Assembly (NCBI GenBank): GCA_013360215.1
Contig: JABWCP010000012.1
Coordinates: forward strand, 1 to 64,000
Origin: a bacterium
GTDB lineage: Bacteria; CLD3; SB21
Direction of reading: 5' to 3'
Length of the DNA stretch: 64,000 nucleotides
Within the stretch, counting starts at the first letter, position 1. The number at the start of each line of letters is the position of its first letter. The notes under the pieces were generated by a model that was not told the origin of the DNA, did no database searches, and saw only the letters and a list, made by a program, of their open reading frames with translations. Both the position numbers and the translations under genes were made by a program. Positions 59,447 through 64,000 of the stretch are shown here, one piece after another.

Positions 59447-59460
59447 TTGATTTTTATCAT
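59447..59460. promoter_or_regulatory. FNR/DNR-like box TTGAT-TTTT-ATCAT upstream of the fadL-psr operon
   Basis: One mismatch from TTGAT-N4-ATCAA; TAGACA-N17-TAGTTT promoter-like boxes at 59482-59510. Confidence 0.45.
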
Positions 59461-59610
59461 CCCGACTCCTCATCCCGATCATAGACAAATCTCCCATAAC
59501 ATGATAGTTTAAGGAAGAGCTGCAAAACAGCTCTCCTTTTAGTTTAAATAAATAACTAAATGGTTATGTAACTAATTAGTTTTTATGTACTTCCACTTTG
59601 GAGAGATCGT

Positions 59611-60879
59611 ATGAAATCTATTTTACACTCCTTTACCCGTACCCTGACACTCTTTTATATACTGGCTTTTATAAATCAGGCTTGGGCTACCGACGGATAT
59701 TTTTCACATGGCTATGGTACCAAACAAAAAAGTATGGGTGGTGTATCCACCGCGTTGACCTTTAATGCGTTTTCCGCCATCACGAACCCGGCGAATGCCG
59801 TTTATATTCAAAACAACTGGGGACTGGGTATTGCTTTCTTTAATCCCAACCGGCAATACGCCGTGAGCGGTTCACCTTCCGGTTTTCCCAATACGTTTCC
59901 GCTCACACCGGGAACGGTCAAAAGTAAAAGTACGGGATTTTTTATTCCATCCCTGAGTTACAATCGCCTGATCAATGAAAAATCCGCTTTCAATTTTGCT
60001 ATTTTTGGCAACGGCGGAATGAATACCGATTATAAAACCAATACGTTTAATACGACCAAACCCACGGGTGTTAATCTATCACAACTTTTTGTCAATACGA
60101 GTTATGCATATAAAGTGACCGACAACCATGCTTTTGGCGTTACCGCGATTTTCGGGTACCAATGGTTCGAAGCCAAAGGGCTCACAGCCTTCAGCGGATT
60201 TTCAAGATACAACACCAAACTCACGGACAATAAATCGGATAAAGCTTACGGATACGGCGCTCGTCTGGGTTATAGCGGACAGATCACGCCGCAGTTGCGC
60301 ATCGGCGCATCGTACCAAACGCGTATATGGATGACCGAATTCAACGACTACAAAGGCCTCTTTGCGGAAAAGGGTGATTTTGATGTGCCGGCCACATGGA
60401 ATGCCGGATTAGCATGGGATATTAATTCCGCATGGACGCTCGCGGCAGACCTTACTCAAATCTATTATAGCTCCGTCAAATCCGTCGGCAATCCGATGAA
60501 ACCGGCTGATTTTCAAAACGACATTTTACTCGGCGACAAAAAAGGTGCCGGATTTGGCTGGAACGATATGACGGTTTACAAAATCGGCTGCGAATATCGT
60601 CACGGCAACGATTGGTCGGCCCGCGTCGGCTACAACTACGGCAAACAACCTATCCCCACGAGCGAAGTGATGTTTAACATCCTCGCACCCGGCGTGATCG
60701 AACATCATCTCACGTTTGGCGCCAGCAAAAAAATCGGATCGAAATACGAAATCAGTTTGGCTGTCATGCGCGGTTTCTCCAATGAAGTCAAAGGTGCCAA
60801 TCCGATGGAAGCTCCGGGGCAACAAGCGATTGCGCTCAAAATGAATCAATGGGAATTTGAAATCGGTTTAGGTTTCTAA
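59611..60879 (+). CDS. OmpP1/FadL family outer-membrane transport protein
   Basis: Signal peptide; TDGYFSHGYG...MGG...NPA; GNGGMNTDY; GFGWND; FNILAPGV. Confidence 0.85.
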   Translation: MKSILHSFTRTLTLFYILAFINQAWATDGYFSHGYGTKQKSMGGVSTALTFNAFSAITNPANAVYIQNNWGLGIAFFNPNRQYAVSGSPSGFPNTFPLTPGTVKSKSTGFFIPSLSYNRLINEKSAFNFAIFGNGGMNTDYKTNTFNTTKPTGVNLSQLFVNTSYAYKVTDNHAFGVTAIFGYQWFEAKGLTAFSGFSRYNTKLTDNKSDKAYGYGARLGYSGQITPQLRIGASYQTRIWMTEFNDYKGLFAEKGDFDVPATWNAGLAWDINSAWTLAADLTQIYYSSVKSVGNPMKPADFQNDILLGDKKGAGFGWNDMTVYKIGCEYRHGNDWSARVGYNYGKQPIPTSEVMFNILAPGVIEHHLTFGASKKIGSKYEISLAVMRGFSNEVKGANPMEAPGQQAIALKMNQWEFEIGLGF

Positions 60880-60900
60880 TACTTAACAGGCGATTACATC

Positions 60901-63093
60901 ATGTTATCACGCAGACGTTTTTTAAAAATCGGGGCCGGATTTACAGCCGGCGCAACCATCGCGGCCGGCGCCGCTCATACTTTGGCGGATCGTTTAGCCG
61001 CGTTGGAAAAACCTTCCGGACAAGTAGAAGTGATACCGACATATTGCGATATCTGTTTTTGGAAGTGCGGCGTTTTGGCGCATGTCAAAGAAGGTCAGCT
61101 GTGGAAACTGGAAGGTAATCCGGAAGATCCTCTTAGCCGCGGGCGCTTGTGTCCGCGCGGCACAGGCGGGGTCGGCGCACACTACGATCCGGATCGGCTG
61201 CGTACGCCCCTGATCCGCCGCGGCGAAAAAGGCGCCGAAGAATGGACCTCCGTCACATGGGATGAAGCGCTGGACTTCATCGCCGAAAAAATGAAAAAAA
61301 TTAAAACCGAATACGGTCCGGAATCCGTGGCACTCTTTAGCCATGGCATCGGCGGTAATTTTTTTAAGCATACGATCAAAGCCTACGGCTCACCCAATAT
61401 CGCGGCGCCTTCGTTTGCCCAATGCCGCGGTCCGCGGGATGTCGGATTTCGCCTCACCTTCGGTGAAGATGTAAGTTCACCCGAGCGCACCGACATCCGC
61501 AACGCCAAGTGTCTTGTTTTGATCGGATCGCATCTCGGCGAAAATATGCACAATACGCAGGTTCAGGAATTTGCCGAAGCCGTAGACAATCACGCGACGA
61601 TCATCGTCGTGGATCCGCGCTATTCCGTCGCAGCCAGCAAAGCGCAGCATTATCTCCCGATCAAACCGGGTACCGATCTCGCGCTGATCTTGGCGTGGAT
61701 GCATGTCATCATCAAAGAAAATCTTTATGATAAAGCGTACGTCGAACAGTATGGTTTTGGTTTCGACGCATTGGTTGCGGCTTTGGAAACTTACACACCG
61801 GAGTGGGCATATCCTGAAACCGGCATTGAACCGGAAACGATTCGCACTACCGCCCGCGTGATGGCACAATACAAACCTGCGACACTCGTGCATCCGGGAC
61901 GCCACGTCACATGGTATGGGAATGATGCCCAACGCAGCCGTGGCATTGCTCTGCTTAACGCGTTGCTCGGCAGCTGGGGACGCAAAGGCGGTTTTTATAC
62001 GCCGGTCAGTATGGATGTGCCGGCTTTCCCCTATCCCTCTTATCCCAAATCGGATAAAGGTAAAGTGGATAACCCCGGTCATAAATATCCCTTTGCGCAC
62101 GAAACGATCACCACCGGCATACGCGAAGCGACACTCACCGGTAAACCTTATCCGATCAAAGGTTGGTTTGTGTACGCAACCAATCTGCTGCATGCTTTGC
62201 CTAATGAGGAAGAAACGATCAAGGCCATTCAGAATCTCGATCTGATGGTCGTGATTGATGTTATTCCCAGTGAAATCGCCGGCTGGGCCGATGTGATATT
62301 ACCGGAGTCGGTGTATCTTGAGCGGCACGACGATCTTAATGTCGAATGGTTCCGCGATCCGTTTGTGGCACTGCGCCAACCCGTCGTATCTGCCCCGCAT
62401 GAGCAGAAGCCCAACTGGTGGATGGCCAAGCGTCTTGCCGAAAAACTCGGGCTCGGTCATTATTATCCGTGGACTCATATCGAATCGTATTTTGAAACGC
62501 GGCTTCGGCAGGCGGGATTGAGTTATGAAACACTGAAAAAAAACGGAATCCTCCTCGGCGAAAAAAAACCGGTTTATTTCGATGAAGGCGTACCGGCCGA
62601 ATTTCCCACGCCATCAGGAAAAATAGAATTTTATTCATCCCAACTCGCAGAAGCCGGTTTTGAACCGGTACCCAAATATGTAGCCCCGCCTCAACCGCCA
62701 CCGGGTTCATTTCGGCTTTTGTTTGGTCGTGCGCCGGTGCACTCGTTTAGCCGTACGCATACCAACCCCGTACTGATGGATATGATGAATGAAAACGAAC
62801 TGTGGGTCAATGCGGACATGGCGTTACGGTACGGTTTAAAATCCGGCGATTATGTTCGTCTCAAAAATCAGGACGGTGTGGTCAGTACTAAAATCAAAAT
62901 CAAAGCGACGGAACGCATTCGCACCGACTGCGTGTATATGGTGCACGGATTTGGGCATAACGCCAAAGCGCTCAAGCGCGCTTTCGGACGTGGTGCCAGC
63001 GATGCACAGCTTATCACACGCTACGATACCGATCCCTTGATGGGCGGCACCGGTATGAATAATAATTTTGTCACTCTGGAAATGGAGGCTTAG
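60901..63093 (+). CDS. psrA: Polysulfide/thiosulfate reductase molybdopterin catalytic subunit (PsrA/PhsA)
   Basis: Tat signal SRRRFLK; CDICFWKC..LCPRG 4Fe-4S; SFAQC probable Mo ligand; HPGRH. Confidence 0.85.
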   Translation: MLSRRRFLKIGAGFTAGATIAAGAAHTLADRLAALEKPSGQVEVIPTYCDICFWKCGVLAHVKEGQLWKLEGNPEDPLSRGRLCPRGTGGVGAHYDPDRLRTPLIRRGEKGAEEWTSVTWDEALDFIAEKMKKIKTEYGPESVALFSHGIGGNFFKHTIKAYGSPNIAAPSFAQCRGPRDVGFRLTFGEDVSSPERTDIRNAKCLVLIGSHLGENMHNTQVQEFAEAVDNHATIIVVDPRYSVAASKAQHYLPIKPGTDLALILAWMHVIIKENLYDKAYVEQYGFGFDALVAALETYTPEWAYPETGIEPETIRTTARVMAQYKPATLVHPGRHVTWYGNDAQRSRGIALLNALLGSWGRKGGFYTPVSMDVPAFPYPSYPKSDKGKVDNPGHKYPFAHETITTGIREATLTGKPYPIKGWFVYATNLLHALPNEEETIKAIQNLDLMVVIDVIPSEIAGWADVILPESVYLERHDDLNVEWFRDPFVALRQPVVSAPHEQKPNWWMAKRLAEKLGLGHYYPWTHIESYFETRLRQAGLSYETLKKNGILLGEKKPVYFDEGVPAEFPTPSGKIEFYSSQLAEAGFEPVPKYVAPPQPPPGSFRLLFGRAPVHSFSRTHTNPVLMDMMNENELWVNADMALRYGLKSGDYVRLKNQDGVVSTKIKIKATERIRTDCVYMVHGFGHNAKALKRAFGRGASDAQLITRYDTDPLMGGTGMNNNFVTLEMEA

Positions 63094-63095
63094 CC

Positions 63096-63635
63096 ATGGC
63101 GCGTCTCGCAATGGTCATAGATACCCGAAAATGCGTCGGATGTATGGATTGTGTCGTGGCCTGCAAAACTGAAAATCAGGTTCCCGAAGGATACAATCGC
63201 GACTGGATCACGACCGAAGCCAAAGGAAAGTTTCCCGACGTGCGTCTCGAAATTCGATCCGAACGTTGTAATCACTGTTCCAATCCACCGTGTGTGACAT
63301 GCTGCCCTACCGGTGCGAGTCATGTGCATGACTATGGCGGCGTCGTGCTGGTCGATCATGATGTATGTATCGGCTGCAAAGCATGCGTCGCATCGTGTCC
63401 GTATGATGCGCGTTTTGTTCATCCCGAAGGTTATGTGGACAAATGTACATTCTGCATTCATCGCGTGGAAAAAGGACTTGAGCCGGCTTGCGTGTCCGTT
63501 TGCCCTACGCATTGTATGTACTTTGGCGATCTGGATGACCCTAATAGTAAAGTTTCTCAACTTCTGCAGAAACGCGGTTACCATACGAATTTACCGGAAG
63601 CCGGTACGCAACCGAATATTTTTTATCTCACGTGA
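63096..63635 (+). CDS. psrB: 4Fe-4S ferredoxin subunit (PsrB/NrfC-like)
   Basis: CVGCMDCVVAC, CNHC.NPPC..CCP, CIGCKACVASCP, KCTFC..PACV.VCP. Confidence 0.92.
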   Translation: MARLAMVIDTRKCVGCMDCVVACKTENQVPEGYNRDWITTEAKGKFPDVRLEIRSERCNHCSNPPCVTCCPTGASHVHDYGGVVLVDHDVCIGCKACVASCPYDARFVHPEGYVDKCTFCIHRVEKGLEPACVSVCPTHCMYFGDLDDPNSKVSQLLQKRGYHTNLPEAGTQPNIFYLT

Positions 63636-63642
63636 GGACGCT

Positions 63643-64000
63643 ATGAACGAATTGACACATACGCGCATGAATCCGATGATTGATCCCGCGCTGCACATTT
63701 GGGGCTGGGAAATCCCCGTGTATCTTTTTCTTGGCGGATTGGTGGCAGGGTTTATGATTTTGTCCGGTTATTTTACGCTTAAAGGCCATCATAAACATGA
63801 TCACTTCTCTTCTTTTTATTTACCGCATGTGAGTTTGGCCTTACTGAGCCTCGGTATGTTTTCCTTATTTCTCGATCTTGAGCACAAGCCTTATGTATGG
63901 CGTCTTTATACGACATTTGAAATCACTTCGCCGATGTCCTGGGGATCTTGGATTTTACTGTTAGTCTATCCTTCGTTACTTCTCAATACGTTGGTGCGCA
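63643..64000 (+). CDS. psrC: NrfD/PsrC membrane anchor, truncated by the window end (not in the ORF track)
   Basis: Hand translation MNELTHTRMNP...WGWEIPVYLFLGGL..FLDLEH...SPMSWGSWIL. Confidence 0.88.
   Translation, partial: MNELTHTRMNPMIDPALHIWGWEIPVYLFLGGLVAGFMILSGYFTLKGHHKHDHFSSFYLPHVSLALLSLGMFSLFLDLEHKPYVWRLYTTFEITSPMSWGSWILLLVYPSLLLNTLVR

Overview
64 kb of bacterial chromosome, gene-dense and mostly housekeeping or envelope functions. I found no CRISPR array, rRNA, prophage or transposase. Indirect clues point to the FCB superphylum (Calditrichota/KSB1/Ignavibacteria-like): a PorV-like barrel next to a YPNPF/FlgD-Ig protein, a short GroES roof loop, an HEXXH-type DPP III, and a TAnnTTTG promoter. 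This is inference, not a placement. Contents in order: YhhQ transporter and Nudix hydrolase; a minus-strand operon (TIGR01777 epimerase, class V aminotransferase, NYN nuclease, ABC permease); DegP; KtrB; hemerythrin; CIRCE-groES-groEL; tricorn protease, DPP III, pabC- and pabB-like genes; a lone tyrosine recombinase; a PufC-like dihaem cytochrome; pntAA/AB/B; a T9SS-like cargo plus PorV-like barrel; a PDZ-TM-GAF-PP2C phosphatase; uppP; a seven-gene MglA/MglB/roadblock/DUF4388/HAMP/receiver cluster; an SPT-like oxoamine synthase; GH57; an acyl-CoA dehydrogenase; more peptidases; tRNA-Phe; two tandem beta-propeller sensor kinases; and a FadL-like channel followed by psrABC/phsABC, cut by the window end. 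The best candidate for an undescribed system is the G-protein signalling operon at 33450-37832, which has a membrane HAMP receptor with no output domain, three roadblock domains and two DUF4388 adaptors. Also notable: an unannotated ~105-nt sRNA candidate with C-rich loops (about 5540-5646), an unannotated 35-aa membrane peptide (9653-9760), an HK-REC-HK double kinase, a subtilase fused to a glycogen-binding-like domain, and the FadL-Psr sulfur module. All family calls come from recognising motifs by eye; no database search was run.
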